Position numbers and translations under genes: made by a program
Notes under the pieces: generated by a model
Databases searched by the model: none
Seen by the model: the letters and a program-made list of their open reading frames with translations, nothing else
What the model was told of the DNA's origin: nothing
Source of the DNA: Basidiobolus meristosporus CBS 931.73
Lineage: Eukaryota; Fungi; Basidiobolomycota
Length of the DNA: 64,000 nt
Direction of reading: 5' to 3'
Assembly (NCBI GenBank): GCA_002104905.1
Contig: MCFE01000499.1
Coordinates: forward strand, 1 to 64,000
In this document: piece by piece, positions 11,430 through 25,012 of the stretch
Numbering within the stretch: the first letter of the stretch is position 1
How the letters are laid out: each line of letters starts with the position of its first letter

Positions 11430-14400
11430 GTTGGCACTGGCTTTGGGTGATTAAGTGGGGAAGAGGGTGGTGTGTTGCGAGAGGAAGTAAGAAAGCGGGC
11501 AAGATACAAGTGAATCACTGACTAGTGATGGCGGATGGACAATTGGAGTCCCGGGTACTTTTATATCGCCCATTGAACAAGGCTCCAGTCATGCAAAAAA
11601 CCGCTAACTGGTCTACCACTAATGAAGCCCGGATCCTGCTGCGTTCCGGTTCCAAAAAAGAGATTTGGAAGTACGGTTACCTCGACTGAGCCATGAGAAA
11701 CCTCAAAACAGCAGGTGGCCAGTCCAAAATCTCACCATTTTCAATGGAGTTGCTGAAAGTTGCGGGATGGGATCACGTTACCGCAATTAAGCAACTTAAT
11801 ATACATTTCAGCGGCAATTCATCCGATACTGCGTTCACTGATAATTAATCCCAACCACGTATAGAGTGATATTATCCTGGCAATAGTTGGGGGCTATGCA
11901 GTGGGATTGATTCATTTGTGATCAAGTGGTATTTCTACGCTAGTGTTCACTTCTCCAACCGCCATGGGGTTTGTCCCCGGAAAAACCGGTTTGTTGGTAG
12001 AACAATGGAAAACACCGAACCACACCACAGCCTGGCGAAGCAGCGTTAAGCAAGGGAGGTTGGATTGCCAGGTAGAGTGGAGGATTTATGATGATCTGGT
12101 TCGCGCACTTCACGAGCAAACCATCGGGCGTCCTGAATCACCCATGATCTGGCCATGGACTCACCCAACAATGGAATCATTCCCCCTCCACGTGGTGGCA
12201 CGAGATATCATACACAATCTTGGTCCTGGCTAACCTCCTGCATTTCGCACTTCCCGTCCGAAATTAATCCCATGATTCCTGGTTTCCCCTAGGGGGCGCT
12301 TGTATATCTTTCTCAAATCACCACCGATCCCCGCTTGCTGGCTCGGATCTCCGGGATACTAGCCTCTCTGCCCCTACACTCGCCCGCGTCCTATTGGTTG
12401 CCAGGGATGGTAGTTGCAATGGTCCAAATACTCCGAACTTATCCACACCTGTGGAAGCTACGGACGACCTATCCGGCTTGCGTTTGGCGTGTTGTGAGCC
12501 ACGCTAACTAAGCAGGCTCTAGTACGAGCTTCCCAAGAACCAGCGCCCCATCTCAAAGGTGTCCCCGATTGCCAACGACTAGAAGAGAATGGTGCGTACG
12601 TGTTGACTGGACTACAGGGTATGGTAAAGGCGTATGCCCTGAAAAATGGGTGAGTTGAACCAGTGACTTGAGTGGTGCGCATCATTAGCCACGAGGCGCA
12701 GATGACTCGGGTAATCGAAACCATCGGAGACAAAGCGTTGCGATATGGACCTCCCGGGCTTAAGGGAGCTGGGGTCAAGCGACCAGTGATGTTGGGGAAA
12801 ACGCGCCAGGTATCCCGGTCAAAATCCGCCCCTTAGCCACTGTACCAAAAGCTAGTACGGGGGGAGGGGCTATCTGCACGGGTCATTCTAGTTCCATGAT
12901 TATGGTAGGCGGCGCACCATATTCTTGCTCAGTCAAAAAGAATCTGGGCGTTCTGGCATTCTTCTGAAGTGGTTCAGCAGCTGACGTTTGCACTCACTTG
13001 GACTTGGGGTGCGACGATGGCCGGCCGTTTTGGAGCTGAGAATGCGCTCACTAGGGCATCTCAAACCGAGGCAAGTGGTGAAGAGGTTGCTGCGCACGAG
13101 TTAGGCCCAAATTATTTCGAACCTTGCCAATGGCCCTATCAGGAAATGAGGCTTCTTCCATGAACGTGGAGAATGTTTCATGTGCCGAGTGTCAGCCAGG
13201 TGCTTACTAAATACCAGGGTTGGGTTAATGCATGTTTGTCAGGCCTAGCTATCTATTTGTGCGCTTCTCTCAAGGCACACGATTGCAAATCGAAATCACG
13301 GCCACTCCAGCGGGCAGGGGTTCGCCAAGTATTTTGTAGCCAGTAATGACTGATGTCAACAAAAAAAGCTGTGCTGCGTGGGAATCACTTGGGAAGGGGT
13401 TGAGGTGTACCGGAGATGGGTATATTGGTCAGTACAGCCAGAAGATGACCCTCCACAAAGGAATCCTTCGCCGAGATTTTTTCAGGGAGATGATGGTACG
13501 AGCCTAGGGAAATTTTCGTTGGAAACAATGGGGCTGTGCTGAGAATTACCGTTCGGGTCGTAAGGCTCAATGGGACCAGGTTCCCCTTATTGCCGAAGTG
13601 GACTACGCAACCATTCAATCCCATTTCGTCCGGAAGATTGCCAGGGGGGCTATCAGCCTAGGATTGAGGATGTAGGCCAGTGTTGCTCTGTCTGTGAAAA
13701 GGCAGGCATCGAGTAAGCACATATTCAATTGAAGATGGTTCGAAATCCGATGCACGTCCCGTTCGCACTGGGAAGATTCTCTTGCGGCAGAAGAAGACCA
13801 GAGTTTTGATACCCAAAATTTCCGAGATGGCTGTGGGGATCGGAAGGGTGGAAACTTGACAGGACTGGTCATTTCGCAGTGATATGGAGCCACAGGTATT
13901 GATCCATGCACTTTTTGCCATAGAAAAATACCAGTACCGAGAGCTGCCACTGCCAAGGAACAAACATCAAAACGCACACCCATTTATGGGAGTCTGGAAA
14001 ATACCAATGGAATGCTCGAGTGGACATTTTGTATAATGTAAGTAATCTGTTGGAGTGATGGCACGACATGCTGGCGAGAAATTCCCTCCTCTCACCAGAA
14101 TCACCAAGTGAACTGGGGAAGGGAATTCTGACTCAGCACCCGCAGCTAATCATAGCGCGCCTATTTCCCAATCCCTCCCCCATTACAGACTTCCAGAGTT
14201 GTGGAAATTGAATGATATGTAGTTTATTTCGGTTCATTCCTCGATACAACAAGCCCCACTGTACTAGGTGGCTGGTATGGTGATGACCGTTATCAAGCGG
14301 TCTCCGTAGACGTAGATGCACAAACCATCAGGACTCATACCGCAATTCATTGCCGATGCGACCTCCTCTAAATGCTCTCTCAATTTGTCGTGAATTTCAG

Positions 14401-15719
14401 CCTACTATGATGGATTATTCAACGAGTAATGGCGCATCATCATAATGATTAAAATGCAGAATAGATAAAGGTTTGTTGCACAAGATGATTAATAAAGAGC
14501 ACCCGCAGGATCCATTATACCTCCCGGAATCCACATCGAAATTTCTTGAGGCGCAGGGCTGAGAAGCCCGAATGGTGACCAAGGAAGGATACGGTTGGTG
14601 CATTAGATATAACTGTACATAGGGCAATGGTGCACCACTTTGTGGCGAAATCGTAGGAACTTGGAAGTCGTCGGTTGAGATCAGTGGATCCATGGTTGAT
14701 CCAAGCAGGTTTGTTGCCTGGCATGTATTTCGTGGGCTTATTGCTGTACGAGAGGGTGTGGGAGAATGCCTATTACATCATCGATCAGCTTAACACGACG
14801 TAGAATTGACGCAGCGAATCTTTTCGTAAGTAGCGTGGAAAGGGCAGATAAGCCCCGAAACAGCCAGGCAAAGTGAATTCTGCAAGGCTACAAAAGCCTG
14901 GTGGATTATTAGAAGTCGGTGCAGTCTGGTTCACCCCCCCCCCTACGAGAATAATCGCTGAATAGCTGGAGTGGGGAGTCGGGGCACGATTGATTTGAAA
15001 ATCATTGGTTTTAGGCTAGAGATGAGATATGCGTGTGTGGGGATTTCGAGGGGTTTGAGAAAGTTAATGATAAGAGAGATTAGAGTTCAAGACCTGCTCA
15101 CATTTTTGACCTGGTTGAAAACTCGGATAATTTCCTTCACCAATTCCGAGGATTGGTTAATCTCTCCCAAACTATATGTGACGCGAATGATTCCGAATCA
15201 AACTGTTGGCCAAGTGGAAACTTTGGGTTCATAAAATCCACTGATGGGAACGAAGAGTCCCTGGATGAAAAATCCTCGCAAATCTTTTGCCATTTGTGGA
15301 GTCAAGTTTGAAAGACCCAATATTCTGCTAGCTCTCTGACCTCTCCTATCTCAAGGAATTGGCAAATACTTTTGGAGTGAGATTTGATCCACTATTCTTA
15401 ATCAACATAGTGGTAAGTCTCTTCACTTTTATCACCTAGGTTGGCTCTCTGCTGCATTACGTGGATTGACCTATTCTAGAGTGTTGGTGTATGTTGAAAG
15501 TGGCCTGGAGCATCTCAAAGAAAGTGTGGTAATGCTTGTTGATTCATTAAGCTGATAAAGAATATTTAAAGTTTAAGATATATTTTGTTATAAATACTCA
15601 GTTTACTCCTATATCACTCATATACTCTCTGATTCTGTTTAGCTTATTGACAAGTTAGGAGTTATCTATTCAAGTCTAAGCTTGTCAGATATTGGCTAAT
15701 TCTTGGAATTGGCAAAGTC

Positions 15720-17245
15720 TTAGATGTTCTCCCAATCACTTCCAATATCTCCAAAACTCCTGCAACATTCAGCAGGTGTTTTCCCTTCAAATTTTAAGTT
15801 GCAGCTTCTGATGGAAGTAATGTGCTGTCAAAGTTAATGGTCACCACCAATTCTGTTGTATATCTAAGAGTTTTTAAGTATTTTGCATGATCAAGATGAT
15901 ACTATTGTAAGAGTTTTGCAGAGAGAGTAAGTGAATGGGAGAACAAGTAGATTATGTTGTTTTTGCTTTATAATTTGTTCAATGTAAAGGCAGTACTTAT
16001 AATTATACATAGACTTGGTAATGCAAACACATTAAAAATGTTGTGGAAGGTTCTAACAGCATAAGGAACTTTGATCCGGATTCTCTAAGATTTGTAGACT
16101 ATGATCCAAGTGACTAAGTAATATGAATATTTAGATGTATTTACAGAATATACAACAGAAAGAGCCTCAGACTTTGCACATATGTTCTTGTGACCTGGTG
16201 TTGAGTAGGAAGACTAGTAAGCTTTGTGACTTCAATCATGTGATCACCTGAATGTAGATGTGATATAAGTGCTTTTGCAAGGTCTTTACAGAAAAGACAT
16301 GACCATACCTATGGCAGTCTCACAAATATTTGTGCAAAGCCTGGGGTTTTTGGACTATACCAAGAGTTGTCATATTGCTAGCACCTGACATACTGTTGTA
16401 AACTTCAGTAACACATCAAAATACTGCATTAACTTAGTCACTTGATTAATAATCTTGAGTCTTCAAATATCCAGCATAAGTGTTTTTGCCAAAATCCTTA
16501 AAATATATACCAGTAATGAGAAATTCTAAAGGTAGCTCATAGGCCCCAAGCTTCTCACTCATGCTCTTGGGACCTTCCTAAGCACACTCTGTGTTCCAGC
16601 CCTGCCAAGACCATCTTGTTGTTAAAATTTGAAATTCCCCCTACATATTCACCTGACTTAGTGACTTGGATCATTACCTACAAATTTTAGAGAATACTGA
16701 CCAAATTCCTTGTTGGGATTTAATTGGAATATTTTCACCAAAATATCATGTACCTGGAACATAAGAATTAGTTAAGTTGTCTAAACACTCCCAAACTTTG
16801 CATACATGTTCTTAGGACCCTCCTTAACCTATTCTATGTGATTTTGATGTCAAGACCATGTAAAAGTATAAATACTACTTTTACATTCAATAAATCATTG
16901 AGTGAAAACCTTGAAGCTGATTCTACTCATCATGTGCACCCATATTTCAATGAACCTAGTTTAAACTATATGTGATTAGAATCTTGAATGAATTCAAGAT
17001 TCCAGCCCAGTGTTAGGATGGATGTCAATTACCAACAAGTGATGTCTTTGATACAAATGCTTGAATTCAGGGGCCAAGCACTATCTAGTTAGCTTTGTAA
17101 ATAGGCAAGGCAGATATTGCAAAATATGCCTATGAAAAATTGTTACTCAAGACCAAAAAATGCTTGAATAATAGCAGTAAGATAAGTTACAAGAGTCTTG
17201 AAGATATTGGAAGTGAGTGGGAGAACAAGTAGATTATGTGGTTCT
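15720..17245. repeat. Cluster of degenerate and nested LTR-A (copia) fragments in both orientations (e.g. ~15903-16157 minus, 16617-16910 plus)
   Basis: Recognisable blocks of the 348-bp copia LTR at 37374-37721 (gccccaagctttgcac, caagaccatgtaaaagta, ctcccaatcacttccaatatctcc); AT-rich and CpG-poor. Confidence 0.7.
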
Positions 17246-17594
17246 TGTTGCAATATTCTGAGGAGTATTGGAAGTGATGTGGAGAACTAGAGGATTTACA
17301 TGTTATTCACTTGTAGATTTGTTGATCAAAAGTATGGTATTTATACTTTTGATAAAGTAGAGGAAACAAACGTGTAGAGTTTGTTAAGGAAGGTCCCAAG
17401 AATATGTGTGCAAAGTTTGGGGTCTTTTGGACGACTTTGAGAAAAATAATAATCTGGGTACCTGACAATTTGGTGAAAATATTCTAAGTAAATCCCGACA
17501 AGAAATCTAGTCAGGACAGAATGCTAATCACAGAATAAGATCTATGTGACTAAGTTAGCATGAATATTTAGGTGACAATTCAATAATTACAACA

Positions 17595-17604
17595 CTCCCA
17601 CTCA
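17595..17604 (-). promoter_or_regulatory. Polypurine tract TGAGTGGGAG
   Basis: Abuts the 3' LTR; the same sequence precedes the copia 3' LTR at 37364-37373. Confidence 0.85.
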
Positions 17605-20197
17605 ACAAAATATTCATGAGTAATAAATACATATTGTGAGTGTGCAATCTGTAATAAGCGTATAAGATTTAACTGTTTTGCATACTGGACTAATATATTA
17701 TCCAAAGGTGTATGCATTTGTGTTCAACTTAATAGAACAAGTAACTTGGAATTCAGTATGCATATCTACTTAGTAATATGCCTAAAAATCTGAATGATCT
17801 GATCATAATACTAATCATCAACTTTGATCAGTTGTACGGGCTTGAATAATAAGCTGAGTCTAATTGACAGATCGTAATAATGGTATATAGCCTCTGGGCT
17901 ATCCAATGCTTCTTATTTGAGCAAAATTGACCCACTTTTGGTCAAGTTAAGGTTTTGTCATTTACGGCAGATCTGGAGTTTCCTTATTTCCGGCCAACAG
18001 TCTAATCCATTTAGACAACTTCACTGTGTGTCCATATTAGGCTCAGGGACAGTTACTTCCATCATATAGATGCTATATGAGGTAAAAAATAGTGACCTAC
18101 TTTGGGTCAAGTTAAGGTTTTGTCATTTACGCCTGATCCGGATTATCCTTGTTTCCTGGCACTGTGGCACATATAACATGGCCAAAAAAAGAAGGTTTTT
18201 GCTCAACTCTGAGCTGGGATGGCCTGCTCCCACTTGAACCACGTCTGTTTAGTGATTCAGATCCACAAATATGATCTAGAATGGTCATCTTTGTCTTCTT
18301 TAAATAGCAATAACTTTCTTTGGACTGATTACTTCATATGCGGTAGATTCAAAGTCCATTTGCTTCTTGATTTACCCAGTTTGGTATTGGACAACACCAT
18401 GGGTTGTTTGGTAGCTATTCTTAGAGTGCTTCTACTGATTTGGATTGATACAGCTGCTTTTGTCTTATCAGAATATACTTGTAGAATAGAGATTGGCGCT
18501 TTTCCAGAAGTGAGATTCTCCTTAACAAGGGCTTTGATTATCCTTATTCTCCTGATAGTTATTTTCAACCTTGAGCTCGGTTTCCAAGGCTAACTGATCT
18601 TCTCAGTGTCTTCAGAATCCATAAAAACCATCTGGTTGATCCTTGCACCTTTTTCTTTCAGCTCCATAGACAGCAGACATCAAGACTTCTGCACTAAATA
18701 ATCTGTTCCAATATATACTACAATATCTAACAGATCCTGTTGAAGTTTCAAGGCTCTTCTGGGGTTTCTAGCTTGAGAACTTCGTACAAGAGGCTCCATA
18801 GAACATATCTGCATTGCCAGATAGTCCAAATATGGCCTACATAAGTTTTGGCACCATTTGGGAAGTACCCTAGTTTGCGGTAGTAGTATTTTCCATTTTT
18901 TCTTCTTTTCTTTTTCTGCTGATGACCCAGGGATAATTCCTTTTGTGGGGTGGTTCTGGACTTCCTTGCAGGTGGGACCACGGTGTTTTTGAGCACAAGA
19001 GTCTCCATGACATCATTGTTCCAGAATATCTGACTATTTGAGAGTGAAATAATCAAAATCGGCATCCACTTAGATCATTCATAACTTTTGATAGAGTTGA
19101 CCAAATTTGATCAAATAAACTGCATTTGATAGCTAGCTTCATCAATACTTCGGTATCAGACTCCAATATATCAGTATTTTGAGTTGCAGAACTTGGCGGT
19201 GACTTGATCAATCAAAATTCTTCTGATCTGATCCAGAGAAGTTAAATATCACCAAGTGTTTTCTCCCACTGTAATAAGTGATATATATATAACAAGTATA
19301 AAGTACTATGTTATCTTCTGAGTGGCTCTTAGCTGTGTACTGACCAACTGTTGCTTGGTTGTATACTCCAATCAGGCTTGCAATTATATGCTTCACTCCT
19401 TTGGCTGGCGGTAGAATCTTCATGAGTTGATTTTGCTAAATTTGTATAATACTTTCTCCCACTGTTTTGAGACTTAAACAGAGTGATAGCACGTCTAACA
19501 GCTCCATATTTAGCTCCTGGTACACTGGTTTCAGTATCAAAACACTTGATACAATTATAGCATTCTTCTAATGGATTGTGTAGTACATATCCGTACTCCA
19601 GGTGGATATATATGTATTATATATCATTGGGATCCTTACAATTCAGGAAGCTTGTTTCTGAGATCTTTTTCCATCAGTAGATAGTCCAGAATGGCGGCTA
19701 ACAGCTCCAGTATTTGCATTCTCAGCTGTATTTTGAGTGGCAACAGATTTTTGGTAAAATCCTCCTCCGGCAATCATTAATAATGATCTATATTTTTTTT
19801 TCTTTGCAATTCAGGATAATATCCTATCCAAAGCTCGTCTAACAGTCAATTGGGGTCATATGAATACATATTGCAGTATATTTCATTGTAGATCTGGACC
19901 CTCAATTGCTGGAATTACGCAATTTTCTTCAGTAGTGGTAGAGCACCAACATACTATATTTCTTGACACAATTACATGCCAGTTTGATTGACTCTTCTTC
20001 ATAACTAACTTGGATAGTTACTGAAGGCATCTTTTGAAGGCAAGGCCTTCTTCTCCACAGCAATATCCTCATAAACATAGTCCTTTAGCAGCGGTAGTCT
20101 TCTTTAACCTTAGCAGAGCAATAGTGCGGAAAGTCTTTCTCCAGACTAGCAGAAAAGGATCCAAAGCATAGTAGACACCAAGAGGACAGCAAGCTCG

Positions 20198-20209
20198 GGG
20201 CTCATAACC
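20198..20209 (-). promoter_or_regulatory. Copia-type primer-binding site GGTTATGAGCCC (internal tRNA-iMet, half-tRNA priming type)
   Basis: Lies immediately after the 5' LTR on the minus strand and matches the GGTTATGGGCCC-type PBS of copia/Ty5-like elements. Confidence 0.85.
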
Positions 20210-21120
20210 TGTTGCAATATTCTGAGGAGTATTGGAAGTGATGTGGAGAACTAGAGGATTTACATGTTATTCACTTGTAGATTTGTTGATCAAAAGTATG
20301 GTATTTATACTTTTGATAAAGTAGAGGAAACAAACGTGTAGAGTTTGTTAAGGAAGGTCCCAAGAATATGTGTGCAAAGTTTGGGGTCTTTTGGACGACT
20401 TTGAGAAAAATAATAATCTGGGTACCTGACAATTTGGTGAAAATATTCTAAGTAAATCCCGACAAGAAATCTAGTCAGGACAGAATGCTAATCACAGAAT
20501 AAGATCTATGTGACTAAGTTAGCATGAATATTTAGGTGACAATTCAATAATTACAACAGTTCTCACTTGTAGATTTACTGAATGTAAAAGTAGTATTTAT
20601 ACTTTTACATGGTCTTGACATAACAAACAGATAGAATAGATCAAGGAGGGTCCCAGGACATGTGTGCAAAGTTTGGGGCTGTTTGGACAACTTTGAGAAT
20701 TTTCATGTTCTGGGTAAATATTCTAAGTAAATCCCAACAAGGAAATTGGTCAGTATTCACTAGGATCTAAAGGTAATGATCTATGTGCCTAAGTTAGGTG
20801 AATCCTTAGGTGGAATTACAAATTCTTACAACACCAATATCCCCAAGACTCTCACAACACATGCAACATTGGCATTCAATGTTTTATTAATCAAAGCCCT
20901 AAAAATCTATTTGTCATCCTATTTACTCTGACTTTCTTGGTATCTCTCCCCATGGAAGTAGGTGTGGAAATACCAAAGCTCATAGCATATATAAGTGCCC
21001 CTAAAAAGCTGATACCAGTCATAAAGTGCTGAACAACCACATCAAATAGTTTACATGGTGACATCTGTAATAGGCTATTAAGTATTGGAAAATATTTGGG
21101 CCAACAATTGATGACTACTT

Positions 21121-21466
21121 TGTTGTAAGTTTTGTATTTACACCTAAATATTCCCCTCACTTGGTAACTTGGGTCATTACTTACAAATCTTGGATAAATC
21201 TTGCCAAACACCTTTTTGGGATTTACTTCAAATAATTTCATCAGAATAACAGGTACCCAGGACAAAAGATTTCTTAAAGCTGTCAAAATAGCCCCAAGCT
21301 TTGCACAAATGCTCTTGGAATATTCTTATCAAATCTTACATGTTTGTTTGCCAAGACTATGCAAATGTATCAATACTGCTTTTACATTAAATATATCATT
21401 AAGCAAAAACCACATAATCTACTAATTGTCCCAATCAGTTTCAATATCTCCAAGACTATCACAACA
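21121..21466 (+). repeat. Degenerate solo LTR-A
   Basis: TGTTGTAAG...ATCACAACA, 346 bp, colinear with 37374-37721; no clear TSD. Confidence 0.75.
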
Positions 21467-23718
21467 TTCTCTGTGTGTTAGGGAATATTGGGATTGTCAC
21501 ACCAAACAAATATTTCAAATACTTAACTTATGCCCAAATCACTCATATATCTTGTGAATCTATTGGGTTACAAGTAAATGTTTAACACAATGTATTCTGA
21601 CAAATGAAAATACTCAATCTTGAGAAAATTGTGACCCAGATGCTGATACTGAGCAAGAATATCACGCTTTTGACAGACTTTGGCAAAATCATCTGTTGTG
21701 GAGACTCAACAGAGCACATGTCCAAGTGAAGCATCCTTAGACAACAAAATATATCCATATTTTCGCAATGATGAAAGTAAAGGACTTCTCCCATGCCATT
21801 TGTTGTGTACATCAATTGTAAAGAAATTGAGAAGTCACTATATATTGGATAGTAACCAGGGACTCTTGAGAACCGCTACCTTGGTATCATTTTCTCACCT
21901 CAAAGGAATCATTGCGAATGGATTCTATACCTTAAGCCATGTGAGAGATCAAGCTCCAGTGCTAACCTATATAGATGGGCTATTAGTTCCGTCGGATTAA
22001 ACAAGTTAGAACATAGAGTGTGCCTATATCAGTACATGTATTCTTGTTAGTCATGTGCATATATATATGCTTACATCAAATTCCTTAATGTGCTAATTCC
22101 ACTAGCAATCCCATATATATATAGCATTGCGGCATATGTAAATAAATTTCTCAACCAAATATCTGGCTAATACACCAAGTAGGTTACATGGTGTGTAGGT
22201 GCTTGGGTTAGCTGCGAAAGGTATGCAACATGATGGTATCGCCGCAAGCCAAGTGTATGCTGCTCAAACCACAGAGGGGCTTCTTGAGATAGTATTTGCT
22301 AACAACAGGCGATTCACGTTTTATTCTTGATTTCGTATTCTGGGCTGGGTACATCAGGAGTATTGGAGCTTAGGACACGCGTGATTTACAAATGTTGCGT
22401 CAATTCCGTTGGCTAGGATAACTTGCATCCTGCCCTCAATATTATACCAGTCCCACCAAAGTAAGAGGTCTAAGCGGAAATGTGGAATCCACATTCTATA
22501 CGCAGCCTCCGCACCCCAAAAGACCGACGCTCCTACAACTGACAATCCATGTATCTGGAGCCTGATACGATCTCGGTTTCCAAGATCTTGACTAGAATGA
22601 GTATTCTCATTACTCTTAGGGATTACAATAACGGTGAATTCTTTCCTATCCGTACTACGGTATCTAAGTTGATGCCAGTAAGCATTAGTCCCACTACCGC
22701 ATCCTCCATATTGTGCCAAATGCACAACTGGCTTCTAAGACAGCACGAATCTTGATGGCTTTTAGGTATCTTTTGTGCAGCTGAAATAGGTGGCACAAAT
22801 CAAACCTTGTCGTCAATGCTAATCACCCGAAGCTGTGACACAATAAAATGGCTGAAGGTTGAATTGAAGTCAGGGCGTGGAGGCGCTTGGCAGCCTCCAA
22901 AACGCAAGATCAATTTGGTTTGGATTTGCAAGCGTGAACCGCATCTACCGATGTGCATGTGGCTGTTTGATTATTCTGCTGGATGCTCTCTTGCACGATT
23001 TCGAGTCTGGTTGACCTGCTCACGATAAGATGGTCTGCTACACACCGCTCTCTTCGTGGACCCTATCGCATAGCTTATTGGAAACGCCGATTCAACATAA
23101 GCTTATGCTAAGTGGACATTGTGTTCCTGTTAAGGCTCTGCGGAGATGTTCCCCCGGATTTCTGGTTTACATGCCCCGTCTTTGTTGATTATCCATAACC
23201 CATACTGGTCTTGGACCTGTTGAGAGTAAGCTCAACCCCATAGAAGAGTGATAGGCCTCACTTGGCAGGTCGGTTTTGGCAAGGATCACTGAAAATGACA
23301 ACTGAATGTTTCACTAAAGCAACTCTGCATCAACGAAAGAAAAGCTGTGTCTACAATTAGACATGGTCGTCTAAAAAAGTTGGTGGAGCACGAAACTATC
23401 CGGGTCAGAATTTATATACTAGACTATGGAATGCTTGGAAGTCTCGTGTCTCAAGGAGTCAAGTAAGCGTGGATAGTCGAGTGGGAGGGAAAAAGATCTA
23501 GATGTTGTCAGCACCACGAGCAACACATCCAATGGACATGTCACGACACAGCTCATGGCTATATATCTTTCAGAAAGCCTTACGGAAGTCACTGAAGTGG
23601 CTTTGAACCTGAATGCGTCGTGGTCACATCTCAAAATCTACAGAGGATAAAAGCAGTGGGCTAAAGTGAGCTGGCGTCAACAACGGCACGTACTGTGCGA
23701 GAATACCTACTCCCAAAG

Positions 23719-25012
23719 ATGCCTAGGGTTAGGCTTATGAGTTTACTTGGGTGTTTGCTGCCTGTCTCATCTTCGCCTTTCCCGACGGTACCGGAATTGG
23801 CGCCAGCGATGTCGCAAACTCCTGCTCCACCTCAGTTTCTTCCAGGTCCACTACTCTTGCCCAGGCATGTGGTATTATGATATCCCAACCACCCATTACA
23901 TCGTAGGAGCAATCATGGGCCTGGGCATCTCTGCTTTTGGCGGTAGTTCGGTAGACTGGAGCTATAATGGAGTTGCCAAGACCATCACCTCCCGGTTCAT
24001 ATCCCCTGTCCGCGCGGGGATTATGGCTAGCATCATCTATCTAATCACAAAATACGGGGTCTTGAACCACGCCAATTCGTTTGAACGTGGCCTGATCGCC
24101 ATCCCGATTTATTTCGGTATTACCGCATCTATTGATGCTTTCTACATTATCTACAGAGGCTCGCCAGGACTCTAGTATTGTTCTGTTGGTTATTTATTCG
24201 CCCTTCGTTGGTACGCAAACTCGATAAAAACGAGGATCTTCTCTGGTGTCGCATCTTTGTGGCCTCGTTCATGGCCCCTCACCCAATGCTTCACGCATCT
24301 TCGGTGGAGGATGGGAAATAGGAAAAGAGTACTAATCATGAGCTAGCCTGCGAGGGAACGAACACCTCGAGTGGGGCTTTGGAACGCATCAAGGGTACCC
24401 TGCTGTATGGAATCGGTAAAGATGTTGTCAACTTCAAAGGGGAGAGGCTTCGGAGGATCCATGATGTAGCGGTTCGATACGAGGTCAAAACTGAGTACAT
24501 GTATAGCTTCCTCAAAGCGATTCCTGCCTCTTTGGCCTCATTTGCACACGGATCAAATGATGTTACTAATGCAGTGGGCCCTTTATCAACGTTATACCAC
24601 GTATGGACCACCGACACGGTGGACATCAGTGAAAAGACCCCAGTGCCTTTGTGGGTACTTGCAATGGGAGGTGTTGCAATCGATCTGGGCTTGATCACCT
24701 ATGGTTACAACATTATGCGCACCCTCGGCAATGAAATCACCTACCACTCCCCTGCACGTGGCTTTAGCATGGAGCTGGGGAGCTCGTCAACAGTGTTCAC
24801 GGCCTCTAAGATTGGTCTTCCCGTATCGAAAACACACTGCATTACCGGAGCTACTGCTGCAGCGGGACTTTACAATGGGAGTGTTAAATTGGCGCTTGGT
24901 TGCTTGGTGTTTCCTGTCTTGGGTTCTGACCCTTTCATGCGCCGGGCTTATTTCAGGCGTGTTGTTTTCATTTGTGGCATATGCGCCTAAACAGAGGCCA
25001 GCGATGGCATAG
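23719..25012 (+). pseudogene. PHO89/PiT (PHO4-family) sodium/phosphate symporter pseudogene
   Basis: AYEFTWVFAACLIFAFPDGTGIGASDVANS (GANDVAN motif), THYIVGAIMGLG, SFAHGSNDVTNAVGP and ITYHSPARGFSMELG...LPVSKTH lie in different frames. There is an N-terminal deletion/frameshift near 23880, a stop at 24173-24175 and a frameshift near 24885. Confidence 0.85.

Larger units (their letters stand above)
17246..20558 (-). mobile_element. Non-autonomous Ty1/copia-derived LTR element (3313 bp): twin 349-bp LTRs, decayed gag-like interior, no intact pol
   Basis: LTRs 17246-17594 and 20210-20558 (TG...CA) look identical by eye. TSD GTTCT at 17241-17245 and 20559-20563; PBS GGTTATGAGCCC; PPT TGAGTGGGAG. 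The interior has only short broken ORFs, including a decayed zinc-knuckle-like KYYYRKLGYFPNG. Confidence 0.88.
17185..20833 (-). repeat. Older solo LTR-A split by a younger insertion (pieces ~17185-17245 and 20559-20833)
   Basis: The two pieces join into one continuous LTR-A across the duplicated GTTCT. Confidence 0.8.

Noticed and set aside
11774-12194. CACGTT (11774) and CACGTG (12189) upstream of the Pho80-type cyclin as Pho4 sites
   Set aside because: Two 6-mers in ~800 bp are expected by chance; there is no conservation evidence.
13385-14724. Overlapping minus-strand ORFs, including YVQLYLMHQP (aldo-keto reductase-like)
   Set aside because: No other AKR motifs, and the frames cannot be joined into a recognisable protein. 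It may be a relic, but I cannot support that.
20891-21286. 131-aa minus-strand ORF
   Set aside because: Nearly half is antisense LTR-A (21121-21286), and the remainder is unrecognisable.
22354-22755. ORFs with a weak Helitron-like EAAYRM motif
   Set aside because: A single weak motif with no Rep or helicase motifs nearby.
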